Assembly: GCF_028368995.1 (NCBI RefSeq)
Contig: NZ_JAQNDL010000002.1
Span: 1,824,001 to 1,888,000 of the forward strand
Source of the DNA: Nannocystis bainbridge
Lineage (GTDB): Bacteria > Myxococcota_A > Polyangia > Nannocystales > Nannocystaceae
DNA length: 64,000 nt
Reading direction: 5' to 3'
Each line of letters begins with the position of its first letter. Position 1 is the first letter of the stretch. The position numbers and the translations under genes are program-made. The notes beneath the pieces are model-generated. The model did no database searches, had not been told where the DNA came from, and was given only the letters and a program-made list of their open reading frames with translations. Below are positions 28,838-38,410 of the stretch, in pieces.

Positions 28838-30718
28838 TTGCGGCGCGCGAGCCGCCGCACCGCCCTCGCTCTCGGCCTCGCGCTGATCGGCTGTCGTCCG
28901 CAGGCGACCACCGCCCCGAGCGACACCGGTCCGGTCGCGTGGATCGACGCCGACCCGCTGCAGCCGGCCGAGATCCCCGCCGGCGGCGCTCCGCGGGCCG
29001 CCGTGGCCCGCCTCGATCGCCTGCTCGACCTCCTCGACGCCGCGCGCTTCACCGGTGACGAGGCCGCGCGCGAGGCCCTGTGGACTGCGCTCGGCGGCGC
29101 CGCCATGGGTCGCGGCCCAGAGGCCACGCGCGAGGCCGAGACGCGGCTCTTGACCGCCGCGCTGGGCCTCGATCTCAAGCCCGGCCTCGACGACGACGCG
29201 CGTGGTTTCCTGGCCGGCGCCATCACCTTGCTGTCCGCCGATCTCGGGCTCGTCGCCGGCAGCGAGGACCTCTCGGTGCGGGTCGCCGCCTACCGCAACA
29301 TCGCCGAGGACGGCCACCCGCGCGCCGCCGACAACGCTCGCTGGCGCCTCTACGACCACGTGCGCGGCTGTTTGGCCGGCGCCGCCGCGGCCACGCCCGA
29401 GCGTCGGCTCGAGGTCGCGGTCCACGGCCTGTATGTCCGCGAGGACAGCCTGGCCGCCTGGCTCGACGACCGGGCCGTGCACGCCCAGGCCCCGTGGCCG
29501 CCGCCCGCCGAGATGTGGGGCCTCCTCGTGGCCGAGCGCGACGCCCTCGCCGCCCTGCCGCGCTGGCGCGGCGCCCTGGCTCGCCGCGACCGCGACGATG
29601 CTGTCCTTCAGGACACCTTCCTCGCCGCCCTCCCGGCCGCCCGCGACAGCGCATGGGACCTCCAGCGCGTGCCCGCCGGGACTGGCCGCAAGGACAGCCT
29701 CGCTCCCGTCGTCGGCATCGCCGGCGAGGAGGTCACGGTCGACCTCGGCCGCCCCGGCGCGCGCCGCAGCAGCCGCGGCGCCCCCGAGCTCGTGCGCGCC
29801 GTCGAGGCCGCCCTGGCCCGCGACGGCCGCGGCGCCGTGCTCCTGGTCGCCCCGCCGCTGCTGCCCTCGCCCGCGCTGGGCTCGATCCTCCGCACCCTGC
29901 TCGACGCTCGCGTCGCCCGCATCGAGTCGGCCGTGCGCGAGCCTCGGCTGCCCGAAGGGACAGGTGACATCGTCGCCACCCTCCCGCTCGAGGTCGTGCG
30001 CCCCAGCGACCAGGGCCCGGCCGCGCAGGCCCTCGCCCGCGCGCGCGTGCGGGTCCACCTCGGCGGCCGCGGCCCGCGGCTGGCCGTCGACGGCGGCTGG
30101 CTCGACCTCCTGCCCGGCCCCTCCGACCTCGACGCCCAGCTCGCCCGCCTCGACCGCGCCTACCCGCGCGAGCGCATGATCACCCTGACCCTCGGCGACG
30201 ACGTGCTCTACCAGCAGTTGCAGGATCTGCTGCGCGCGCTGCTCGGCGGCCCGCAGCGGCGCTTCGACGTCGTCGCCTGGACCCCGGCCGCCGCCCCGCC
30301 GCCCGCCGAGCCGGCCGACAAGGCCGTCGCCGAGGCCCGCCGCAAGCTCGAGGTCCGCAGCGAGCTGTTCCAGCGCACCGCCAGCGCCGGCCTCGTCCTC
30401 CCGGCCCCGCCGCCCGGCGCCCCGTCGGCCCCGCTCCTGCCCGAGGGCGACCAGAAGCGCGCCGAGGCGCTCGCCCTCGGCTTCGTCCGCTGCCTGCCCG
30501 AGCTCGAGACCCCGCTGCGCCCCGGCGAGGCCGTCGACGTCGAGCTCCGCTTCGAGGAGGGCCGCCTCGCCGGCATCGAGCCCAAAGCGCCCAGGACCCG
30601 CGTCGCCGCCCCGCGCCTGGCCGCCCTCAAGACCTGCATCGAGGACGAGGCCCGCGGCTTCCGCCTGCGCGAGCAGCAGGCCGCCGTGCGCTTCATCGTC
30701 CGCGTCCGCCCGAGCTGA
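28838..30718 (+). CDS. Hypothetical lipoprotein with possible ExbD-like and TonB-C/AgmX-like domains
   Basis: Lipobox LIGC after RRASRRTALALGLA. Start uncertain (TTG 28838 or ATG 28673). Confidence 0.65.
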   Translation: MRRASRRTALALGLALIGCRPQATTAPSDTGPVAWIDADPLQPAEIPAGGAPRAAVARLDRLLDLLDAARFTGDEAAREALWTALGGAAMGRGPEATREAETRLLTAALGLDLKPGLDDDARGFLAGAITLLSADLGLVAGSEDLSVRVAAYRNIAEDGHPRAADNARWRLYDHVRGCLAGAAAATPERRLEVAVHGLYVREDSLAAWLDDRAVHAQAPWPPPAEMWGLLVAERDALAALPRWRGALARRDRDDAVLQDTFLAALPAARDSAWDLQRVPAGTGRKDSLAPVVGIAGEEVTVDLGRPGARRSSRGAPELVRAVEAALARDGRGAVLLVAPPLLPSPALGSILRTLLDARVARIESAVREPRLPEGTGDIVATLPLEVVRPSDQGPAAQALARARVRVHLGGRGPRLAVDGGWLDLLPGPSDLDAQLARLDRAYPRERMITLTLGDDVLYQQLQDLLRALLGGPQRRFDVVAWTPAAAPPPAEPADKAVAEARRKLEVRSELFQRTASAGLVLPAPPPGAPSAPLLPEGDQKRAEALALGFVRCLPELETPLRPGEAVDVELRFEEGRLAGIEPKAPRTRVAAPRLAALKTCIEDEARGFRLREQQAAVRFIVRVRPS

Positions 30719-30747
30719 TCGGCATGCCCACGCTCCGTCTCCATACC

Positions 30748-30873
30748 TGCCCCCCAGGACATGGCCCAGAGGCCATGTCCTCCGAGACCGGCGCGATCGA
30801 CCATGCCCTGATCGCCATGTCCTTCGAAACCTGTCCCTCCGAGCATGTCCCCGAGGCCATGCTCCTCCGACCC
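30748..30873. repeat. 14-bp palindrome array (9 units, longest in window)
   Basis: tgccccccaggaca|tggcccagaggcca|tgtcctccgagacc|ggcgcgatcgacca|tgccctgatcgcca|tgtccttcgaaacc|tgtccctccgagca|tgtccccgaggcca|tgctcctccgaccc. Confidence 0.9.
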
Positions 30874-30899
30874 GCGCCCGCACGCGCCTGCGAGGCCGC

Positions 30900-32615
30900 G
30901 TGATCCGGCTCGCCCTCCCGCTCCTCGCCGGCGCGCTCACGGCCGCGCTAGCGACCGCCTGCGAGCCGGCCTTCGACTGCCAGGCGCCGGTCGACGCCGA
31001 CGCGCTCGAGCTCTCGGGCGAGGGCGCCGGCGCCACCATGAGCTCGTTTTGCAGCGCCTACACCCTCGGGGTCGAGGTCGACGCGCTGATCATCCACAAC
31101 ACCCGGATCCAGCGCCTGCAGCTGCCCTGCCTGTGCGGCGTGACCGAGTCGCTCGAGATCACCGACAACCCCGAGCTCGTCGACCTGAGCGGCCTCGGGC
31201 GCGTGCGGGCGATCGGCGGCGGCCTGATCGTCGCCCGCAACCCCAAGCTCGAGTCGCTGACCGGCCTGCCGGTCGACGCAGCGCTCGGCGTCTCGATCGA
31301 CGAGTCCAGCATCGTCATCGAGGACAACGACGCCCTCGTCGACCTCGCTGGCCTGCCTGACGGCGGCGGCGAGCTGCGCGGCGACCTCCAGATCGTCGGC
31401 AACGAGCGCCTCGCCAGCCTCTCCGCCCTGCCGCCCGGGCTCATGCGGGTCCGCGGTTTGCGGGTCGCCGGCAACCCCGCCCTCGACGACCTCGGCGGCC
31501 TCCCGCGGGGCCTGACCTCGATCGGCGACGGCGGCCTCGTCCTCGCCGAGAACCACGGCCTGCGCGATCTGGCCGGCCTCCCGCCCGGCCTCGCCAGCAT
31601 CGACGGCCCGCTCGTGATCCACGGCAACCTCGCCCTCGAGCAGCTCGCCGGCGTGCCCGCGGCGCTGGTCGTCGTCGGCGCGCTCGAGATCAGCGCGAGC
31701 CCGCTCCTGCGCGACCTGTCCGGCCTGTCCGAGGGCCTGCAGGTCGCCGGCCTGCTCGAGATCCGCGACGACGACGGCCTCGTCGACCTGTCCGGCCTGC
31801 CCGCCGGCCTGCAGCTCGGCCTCGATCCCGAGACCGGCGACAGCTTGCGCGTGCAGGACAACGACGCCCTCGTCGACCTCGCCGGTTTGCCCGCCGACAT
31901 CACCGCCCTGGCCGGCAGCGCCCGCATCGTCGCCAACCCCGACCTCGTCGATCTCGCCGGGCTCTTCGGACATGTGCGAAAGATCGGCGGCAGCCTCGAG
32001 ATCGGCGAAAACCACGCCCTCGTCGACCTCACCGGCCTGCCTGACGACCTTCAGCTCGGCGTCGATCGCCTCGGCCTCAGCTTCATCATCGCCGGCAACC
32101 AGGGCCTCGAGCGCCTCACCGGCTACCCCGCCGGCCTCGCCGCCTTGCCCGGCGGCCTCGCCGTGCTGCAGAACCACGGCCTGCCCGACCTCACCGGCCT
32201 CGAGTTGCTGCGCCACGTCGTCGGTGACCTCATCCTCGGCCGCCGCCGCATCGCCGAGCTCGAGCTCCCCTGCACCGACCCCGAGGCGCTCGGCGGCAAC
32301 GAAGGCATGCAGACCCTGAGCGGCCTGTCCGCGCTCGAGCGCGTCGACGGCAACCTCGCGATCGCCTGCAACCCCGCGCTCGTGGCCCTCGATGCCTTCG
32401 CCTCCCTGCAGTCCACCGGCGGCAGCCTCACCCTGCGTCAGAACCCCGCCCTCGCCGACATCACCGGCCTCGGCGGCGCTGCTGGATCCCTGACCCACGT
32501 CGGCGGCGTATACGAGCTCGAGTGCAGCCCGCTCGTCGACCCCGAGGCCGCCGTCGCGGTGCTCGACAAGGTCGACGCCCCGGTCCCCACCGTGCTCGAC
32601 CTCGCGTGCCCGTGA
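30900..32615 (+). CDS. Leucine-rich (receptor L-domain-like) repeat lipoprotein
   Basis: Lipobox LATAC; repeated LxIxxNxxLxDLxGL units. Confidence 0.85.
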   Translation: MIRLALPLLAGALTAALATACEPAFDCQAPVDADALELSGEGAGATMSSFCSAYTLGVEVDALIIHNTRIQRLQLPCLCGVTESLEITDNPELVDLSGLGRVRAIGGGLIVARNPKLESLTGLPVDAALGVSIDESSIVIEDNDALVDLAGLPDGGGELRGDLQIVGNERLASLSALPPGLMRVRGLRVAGNPALDDLGGLPRGLTSIGDGGLVLAENHGLRDLAGLPPGLASIDGPLVIHGNLALEQLAGVPAALVVVGALEISASPLLRDLSGLSEGLQVAGLLEIRDDDGLVDLSGLPAGLQLGLDPETGDSLRVQDNDALVDLAGLPADITALAGSARIVANPDLVDLAGLFGHVRKIGGSLEIGENHALVDLTGLPDDLQLGVDRLGLSFIIAGNQGLERLTGYPAGLAALPGGLAVLQNHGLPDLTGLELLRHVVGDLILGRRRIAELELPCTDPEALGGNEGMQTLSGLSALERVDGNLAIACNPALVALDAFASLQSTGGSLTLRQNPALADITGLGGAAGSLTHVGGVYELECSPLVDPEAAVAVLDKVDAPVPTVLDLACP

Positions 32616-32745
32616 CGCCACGCGTACGAGCCCTTGGGTACTCGTGACGCACCGCGCGTACGGACCCTCGCGGGCCCGTGACACCCCGCCTATGAGCCCC
32701 GCAAGCCCGTGACGCACCGGCGTACGAGTCCCACGTCACACGGGC
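32609..32745. repeat. Degenerate 31-34-bp tandem repeat x4
   Basis: cccgtgacgc...cgtacgagccc starts at 32609, 32641, 32675 and 32706. Confidence 0.75.
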
Positions 32746-32746
32746 C

Positions 32747-33601
32747 TCAGCCGCGCAGCCCCGCCCACGCGCCCGCCCACGCGCGCACCTCGAACGTCAC
32801 CGCCCATGACGCATCGCCCTTGCCCCACGCCGTCAGCAGCACTCGTCGCCGGTGCCGCGACACGCTCACCCGCGGCTGCTCCCCGTTCTGCCACCGCAGC
32901 GGCGAACTAGTCTCGGCCCACGGCTTCTCGCACAGCACCACCAGGCGCACCAGCTGACACCACGGCAGCGGCACCACCAGCTGCGCCCCCGCCGGTAGCT
33001 GCGGCGACGTGATCGTAATCGCCGGATCGTCCACCCCGCCGCCGCAGTCGAGCGCGACCTCGTTCAGCCGCGTCGCATCGTCCCACGTCGTCGTGTCGTG
33101 GTGCCACGCGCCCCGACCCCCCGGATCGTACCCCGTTCGCGCGACCGGCCCGGCCACCCGCGCGCGCAACCCCGTAAGCCGCTCCGCGAGCCGCTGCAGC
33201 GGCGCCGCGTCGACCGCCTCCTCGCGCACCGCCGAAGCGTGCAGCGAGAACCAGTACGGCCCGATGCAGTCGCGGTAGCCGAGCCCGATCTCGTGGCCGC
33301 ACGCGCACACCAGGTTGGGCAGCTCCGGCCCGTAGTGGGCCAGCCCGCAGCAGCCGATCGTGCGCGCCCCGTCGGCGTGGATCCGCAGCCACTTCATCGA
33401 CGGCGCGAGCAGCCACGGATAGCTCGCCGGCTCGGTCAGGAGCGACCCGCGGAGCAGCGGGCTGTCGCGGCGCACGAACCACCGCGACGGCAGCGACCAC
33501 GTGTGGCTCATGTGGAGGTTCAGCGCATCCGCCAGCTCGAGCTCGCGCAGCCACGACGTGAGCGCCGCGCCGCAACGAGGACACCGAAACCGCGAGCGCA
33601 T
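32747..33601 (-). CDS. Hypothetical Cys-rich (possible Zn-binding) protein
   Basis: CPRCG, GCCG, NLVCACG, DC motifs. Confidence 0.7.
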   Translation of the reverse strand: MRSRFRCPRCGAALTSWLRELELADALNLHMSHTWSLPSRWFVRRDSPLLRGSLLTEPASYPWLLAPSMKWLRIHADGARTIGCCGLAHYGPELPNLVCACGHEIGLGYRDCIGPYWFSLHASAVREEAVDAAPLQRLAERLTGLRARVAGPVARTGYDPGGRGAWHHDTTTWDDATRLNEVALDCGGGVDDPAITITSPQLPAGAQLVVPLPWCQLVRLVVLCEKPWAETSSPLRWQNGEQPRVSVSRHRRRVLLTAWGKGDASWAVTFEVRAWAGAWAGLRG

Positions 33602-33677
33602 CGCCGCCACCCCGCCAACTTACCGCGAACCCGCGAGGCCCGGCGCACGCCCTGCGATGCCTCGCTCCTTCGCTGCC

Positions 33678-33735
33678 GCGCGACCCCTCGACTCCGCGCG
33701 CTCCCTCGACTCCGCGCGACCCCTCGACTCCGCGC
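33678..33735. repeat. 18-bp tandem repeat x3
   Basis: (gcgcgacccctcgactcc)3, one copy variant. Confidence 0.8.
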
Positions 33736-33838
33736 ACCCCCGACCCGCACCCGATAGCGACCGCTCGCAACCTCCGGCACCTCTCGCAGGCCCGGGCACC
33801 GCGTTGTCTCGGCCTCGGCGCGGCGATAGGCTGCGACG

Positions 33839-34396
33839 GTGAGCGGACCTATCTATGAAACGCTGCTCGAATTCAGCCGCACCCTCCGCGACGATCACCT
33901 CGACGAAGATCTTTCACGCATCGAGCTGCCCAACAACCGCGTGCTCGACACCCAGGTAATTCACGCCCGCGGCAAGCTCGACGGCCGCCCCGTCGTCGTC
34001 TCCTACCACTCGCACTGGATCGTCGGCTCCACCTATCGACCGCATATCCTCGAGGTCTTCGTCACCGGCAACCACCTCAAGACCGAAGCCGAGTGCCGCG
34101 CCCGCAGCTTCCTCGACGACGTGCTGCGGTGGTTCGGCGGAGGCGGCCTGCGCGGCCCCGACCCGATCTTCACCGAACGACGGATCGACGCCGCCAGGGA
34201 CGCCGACCTCACCGACCTCGACCGCCCCGAGTTCACCGCCCGCCTCGCCAACCTCAGCGGCCTCGTCTACTGCCACAAGGTCCAGATCCAGGCCGGCACC
34301 GGCATCAACGCCTGGTTCCACGCCCTCCCGTTCCAGCGCTCGCTGCCCCAGCTCCAAGCCCTCGTCCGCACCGTCGCCGACCTCGCATCCACATGA
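33839..34396 (+). CDS. Hypothetical protein
   Basis: 185-aa ORF with strong C-ending codon bias. Confidence 0.7.
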   Translation: MSGPIYETLLEFSRTLRDDHLDEDLSRIELPNNRVLDTQVIHARGKLDGRPVVVSYHSHWIVGSTYRPHILEVFVTGNHLKTEAECRARSFLDDVLRWFGGGGLRGPDPIFTERRIDAARDADLTDLDRPEFTARLANLSGLVYCHKVQIQAGTGINAWFHALPFQRSLPQLQALVRTVADLAST

Positions 34397-34477
34397 CCGT
34401 ATCGACATGCTCTCGGAGACATTTTCGATAGGACATGTCCTATAGGACATTGTCCACACAACATGTCCTATCCGACA
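34394..34477. repeat. 14-bp palindrome array (6 units)
   Basis: tgaccgtatcgaca|tgctctcggagaca|ttttcgataggaca|tgtcctataggaca (perfect palindrome)|ttgtccacacaaca|tgtcctatccgaca. Confidence 0.9.
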
Positions 34478-34803
34478 CTCGATCGCGTCCCGAGCAACGT
34501 CTTCCACGCTGCCTAACTCACCCGAACCCAAGTCAGCGCATCGCATAGCGTCGCGTCTGCACCGAGCCGCGCCGCACATGTCCTATCCGACACTCGATCG
34601 CGTCCCGAGCAACGTCTTCCCACGCTGCCTGACTCATCCGAACCCAAGTCAGCGCATCGCATCGCATCGCATCACGTCTGGCCCGAGCCGCGCCGCACAT
34701 GTCCTATCCGACACTCGATCGCGTCCGAGTAACGCCCCCCTACGCCGCCTGACTCACCCGTACCAAGCCAGCGCCTCGCCTCGCATCTGCACCAAGCCGC
34801 GCC
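34461..34803. repeat. 115-121-bp tandem repeat x3, each copy starting with a 14-bp palindrome
   Basis: acatgtcctatccgacactcgatcgcgtcc... at 34461, 34576 and 34697. Confidence 0.9.
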
Positions 34804-34817
34804 TCGCAAGCTCCCCA

Positions 34818-34966
34818 TATCGCCTCGGGCCTCGGCTAAAGCTCGCTGCGTAAGCTTTCCCTTCGTATCGCCTCGGGCCTCGGCGAAGGCTCGCCGGTCC
34901 CTTCGTATCGCCTCGAGCCCCGGCCGAGCCTCAAGCTCCCCCGCATCGCCGCGAGCCTCCGCGAAG
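34818..34966. repeat. Approx. 40-bp degenerate tandem repeat x4
   Basis: Core tatcgcctcgggcctcggc recurs four times. Confidence 0.75.
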
Positions 34967-35181
34967 AATCGCCGCGCAACGAGCCACGCCGTTATCGTCG
35001 CGAGAAAGCGCCCGTTCGGCGGCCAGCCCTGGCCGTCGAACGGGCGCCGACGCTCTCTCCCAGGAGACACCCCGCATCGAAGCCCACGACGGCGAGGCTG
35101 CCTCTCACGGCTGCAGCCGTGCCTGGGGGTCCGGGGAAGGGTCGACCACAGCCCCCCCGAAGGACATGTCCCCACCTCCAT

Positions 35182-38100
35182 CTAGAACGGCTGCAAGAAC
35201 GTCAAATTCACCCCGACCCGCGGCAGCTGAAACTCCCCCGGCGCCACCCCTTGATACTCTGCCAGATAATCCGGCAGCACCTCATCGAGGCACGTCGAGC
35301 GTCGGCGGACCAGCGGCACCGCCACATCGAACCGGATGAACTGCGGCGTCACCCCCAGCAGCTGCAGGAAGGCCGTCACCCCGTAGCCGACCTGCCCGTA
35401 CCAGCTCTCCTTCCCGAACCACCCGCGCAGCGTATCGCACGGCGACACCGAAGCCGCCCCTGTGAACAGCGTCCCCCCGATCCCTCGCAGCCAGAACAGG
35501 TGGACCAGGTTCACATTGAAGTTCGACCAGAACATGTGCCGGTACTCGAGCTGCGCCAGCGCCACCCCGCGGCCGAACAGCTCGTTCCCCCCGTACGCTC
35601 CGAGCCCGTCGACCCCGCCCGCGCGCACCAGGCTGCGGAACTCCGGCCGGCCCATCAGCGGCACCATCATCGTCAGCTCGACCCGGCTCGCCAGCGTGTG
35701 TTGGTGTGCCAGCGGCCAGATGTGCACCCACGACGCCGACGCCGTCAGCCCGTGCCGGTGATCCGGCGCTGGCACCCCCGTGCGCAGCGTCTCCTGCGCG
35801 TACAGCCCGAACGCCAGCCGGTGCCCGCGATCGGGCCACAGGCTGAACTTGCGCGTATCGTCGATGATCGCCAGCGACTGGGCGAACCGCACCCCGCCGA
35901 CCCCGTCGAGCCCGCGCGCTGTCAGCGAGTGGACCTCGCCGAACATGCGCACCCGCCCGCGCCGGCGCCGGCGGTTGACCTTGTCGCCGAACCACACCGT
36001 CGCCCCGCCGCCGATCGCCGCCGCCGACTCGCGGTCGCGGTGCAGCTGCAGGTGGCCGATCGATCCGAGGTCGCGGCGCCGGCTCATCTCGAACAGCACC
36101 CGCCCTGACAGCGCCTGCAGCCGCGCCGCCGGCGTCTGCCCCGCCAGGAACTCCGACGCCGACACCTCGAAGCCGAACCCCGTGTAGACGAAGCGGAAGC
36201 TCGTCGGCGAGCGATTGTTGTAGAGCGGGTCGACGTTGCGCCGCGGCCCCTGCGGCTCCTCGAGCAGGCGCGTGCGCGGGTCGACCATCACCGAGCGCAG
36301 CTTGTGCTGCGTCTCGAGCGTGAACACATGGTCGATCGTACCTGACCCCGGGGACACCTCGTGATTGTTCCCCGACCCCAGCGACCCGTTCCACACCAGA
36401 TAGTGGCGCTGCCCGCCGCGCTCGGTCGCCAGCACCTGCACCGGCTCGACCGCCGCGTGCTCGCCTTCTCGCCGGATCGTGATCGTGTGCTGCCAGCGGC
36501 CGTCATCGAGCGGCACGCTGTCGACCTTCGCCACCGAGTAATCGACCGCCGGATAGGCCGCCAGCCACTGGTCGAAGAACCACCCGAGCGAGCGCCCGTA
36601 GGCCGCCTCGGCCGCGGCCACCGGGTCGCCGGTGCGGTCGCGCGCGACCCTGTCGTAGAACGCCTCGCGCTGGCCCGGCGTCAGCAGGTCGACCATCTTC
36701 TCGTGGATCCGGCGCCCGGTCGGCAGCGGGTGCGAGAAGAACAGCGGGTGCAGGCGCAGCGGCATGACGTCCTCGCTGCCGCGGAAGTAGCTCTGGGCGA
36801 ACGCCGCCTGGCCGGTGTAGAGGAAGTTGTCGACCATCGGCACGAACGTGATGCGCCGCAGGATGTCGCTGGCGAACTCGTCGCCCTGGGCCCGGCGGGC
36901 CCGCCACACGTCGAGCAGCGCCGTCGCCACCGCGTCGTAGAGCCACAGGTCGGTCGACGGATCGTGGCGACCCACATAGGCCCCGTACATGATCTCGTCG
37001 AGCATCGCCCGGGCCGCCGCCGCCTGATGAAAGCCCTGGAACCGCCGGCCCGGCGACACCTGGGCGAACTGATCGCTGACCAGCACCGCCGACGGGTGCG
37101 CCTGGGCGATCTCGGCCCGCAGCGGCCCCTGCACCACCGTCAGGCGGCTGTCGGGCGGCGGCTCCAGGCCGGCGATCGTGGCCACGTCGATCGCCTCGCG
37201 GGCGATCCGCAGCATGTGACCCGGCACGTCGCGATAAAGCTGCAACCAGCGCTCGTCGGGCACCTGATCGCCCGGGCGCCAGAACATGTGGAGCACCTCG
37301 ATCCGCACCCCGCGGTGGGTCTCGTGGGCCCGCTTCCACCGCGGGCCCCAGAACACCTCGGGGTACGCGACCTCGTCCGCCCCGACCGCCCCGCTGACGA
37401 CCACCACCTCGTCGCGCCCCAGCGCCTTGGCCTCGCTGGCCGTCGGGACATGTCCTGGAGACCATGTCGGAACCGCGGCGAACCGCGCGTCGACCGTCCA
37501 GCGCGCCGGCGTCACGATCCGCGCGTCGGGGTCGAGGCGCGCGCCGCCGCGGGCCGGCGCGCTCGGCAGCGGCGCCACCGCCCCGCTCAGGCTGCAGCGC
37601 CGGCGCGAGCAGCCGAACGGCCAGTAGCGGCGCGGCACCTCGACCGTGTACGCCAGCGTCAGCGTGTCTGTCCCTTCGGACATGGTCACCTCGACGTCGC
37701 GGCGCGCGTGGATCTGGCGGACCCGCGCCGCGCCGGTGTGCTCGCCGACCGTCAGCCGCCCGCGGTGGAACGGCCCGTCGAGGTAGTTCGCCTTGGCCAC
37801 CTCGTCGAGCTCGTTCGGCTCGCGCCCCAGCGCCTCGGCGAAGTTCAGCAGCACCAGCGTCTCGCCGGCGCGGGCCGGTCGGCTCAGCGTGTAGGTCGCC
37901 TCGCCGACGGCCGCCCCGCCTGCTCGCGGCACTCGCTTGCCGTCGGGCAGCCGCTCACCGCCTCGCACGACCTCGAGGCGGACCGCCACCGCCGTCACCG
38001 CGAGCGCGTCACTCGTCGGCGCCAGGTCCGTCGCCGGTCCGGTCGGCGGTTCCGCGTGAGCTTGCAGCGGCGAAAGGCCCGACGGATCTGAAGCGGCCTC

Positions 38101-38355
38101 GATCGGCTCGTCGCGCGGCACCAGGACCGGCGACGTCCGGACCGCCCACGGACTCGCCGTGACGCCCGGAGTCGCCGTCGCGACCGCGAGTCCGACCAAC
38201 CACGGCGCGAGCAGCCCACTGGACAACCGCGCTCTTCTGGGGCCAGCCACAGCCGGCTTGAGAGTGCCCGACCTCTCCCCACCGCACCAGGGCCAGCCGC
38301 TCACCCGGCGTTCGGCGCGGGTTTGCCCACCGTTTCCCGCCACGAGCTTGCCCAC
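35182..38355 (-). CDS. M1-aminopeptidase-like domain (no HExxH) fused to an Omp85/BamA-type beta-barrel
   Basis: LGWFFDQWL and VDPRTRLLE are typical of M1 C-terminal regions. C-terminal GGNELFG..AQLEYRH, IRFDVAVPL and terminal LTFLQPF are typical of Omp85 barrels. Start uncertain. Confidence 0.7.
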   Translation of the reverse strand: MGKLVAGNGGQTRAERRVSGWPWCGGERSGTLKPAVAGPRRARLSSGLLAPWLVGLAVATATPGVTASPWAVRTSPVLVPRDEPIEAASDPSGLSPLQAHAEPPTGPATDLAPTSDALAVTAVAVRLEVVRGGERLPDGKRVPRAGGAAVGEATYTLSRPARAGETLVLLNFAEALGREPNELDEVAKANYLDGPFHRGRLTVGEHTGAARVRQIHARRDVEVTMSEGTDTLTLAYTVEVPRRYWPFGCSRRRCSLSGAVAPLPSAPARGGARLDPDARIVTPARWTVDARFAAVPTWSPGHVPTASEAKALGRDEVVVVSGAVGADEVAYPEVFWGPRWKRAHETHRGVRIEVLHMFWRPGDQVPDERWLQLYRDVPGHMLRIAREAIDVATIAGLEPPPDSRLTVVQGPLRAEIAQAHPSAVLVSDQFAQVSPGRRFQGFHQAAAARAMLDEIMYGAYVGRHDPSTDLWLYDAVATALLDVWRARRAQGDEFASDILRRITFVPMVDNFLYTGQAAFAQSYFRGSEDVMPLRLHPLFFSHPLPTGRRIHEKMVDLLTPGQREAFYDRVARDRTGDPVAAAEAAYGRSLGWFFDQWLAAYPAVDYSVAKVDSVPLDDGRWQHTITIRREGEHAAVEPVQVLATERGGQRHYLVWNGSLGSGNNHEVSPGSGTIDHVFTLETQHKLRSVMVDPRTRLLEEPQGPRRNVDPLYNNRSPTSFRFVYTGFGFEVSASEFLAGQTPAARLQALSGRVLFEMSRRRDLGSIGHLQLHRDRESAAAIGGGATVWFGDKVNRRRRRGRVRMFGEVHSLTARGLDGVGGVRFAQSLAIIDDTRKFSLWPDRGHRLAFGLYAQETLRTGVPAPDHRHGLTASASWVHIWPLAHQHTLASRVELTMMVPLMGRPEFRSLVRAGGVDGLGAYGGNELFGRGVALAQLEYRHMFWSNFNVNLVHLFWLRGIGGTLFTGAASVSPCDTLRGWFGKESWYGQVGYGVTAFLQLLGVTPQFIRFDVAVPLVRRRSTCLDEVLPDYLAEYQGVAPGEFQLPRVGVNLTFLQPF

Positions 38356-38410
38356 CGGGCAGGCCGGGCTCTACAGTCGTCGTGGCGGGTCCCCGCCGGA
38401 GCTTTTAGCC

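Noticed and set aside
30748-30873. 14-bp arrays as mini-CRISPR or REP/BIME elements
   Set aside because: The variable part is only 4-6 nt, the units do not form long conserved hairpins, and they also occur inside genes.
34431-34440. GGACATGTCC junction matches the eukaryotic p53 half-site RRRCWWGYYY
   Set aside because: It is a by-product of abutting 14-mers; solo sites have the TGTCC-N4-GGACA arrangement and the host is bacterial.
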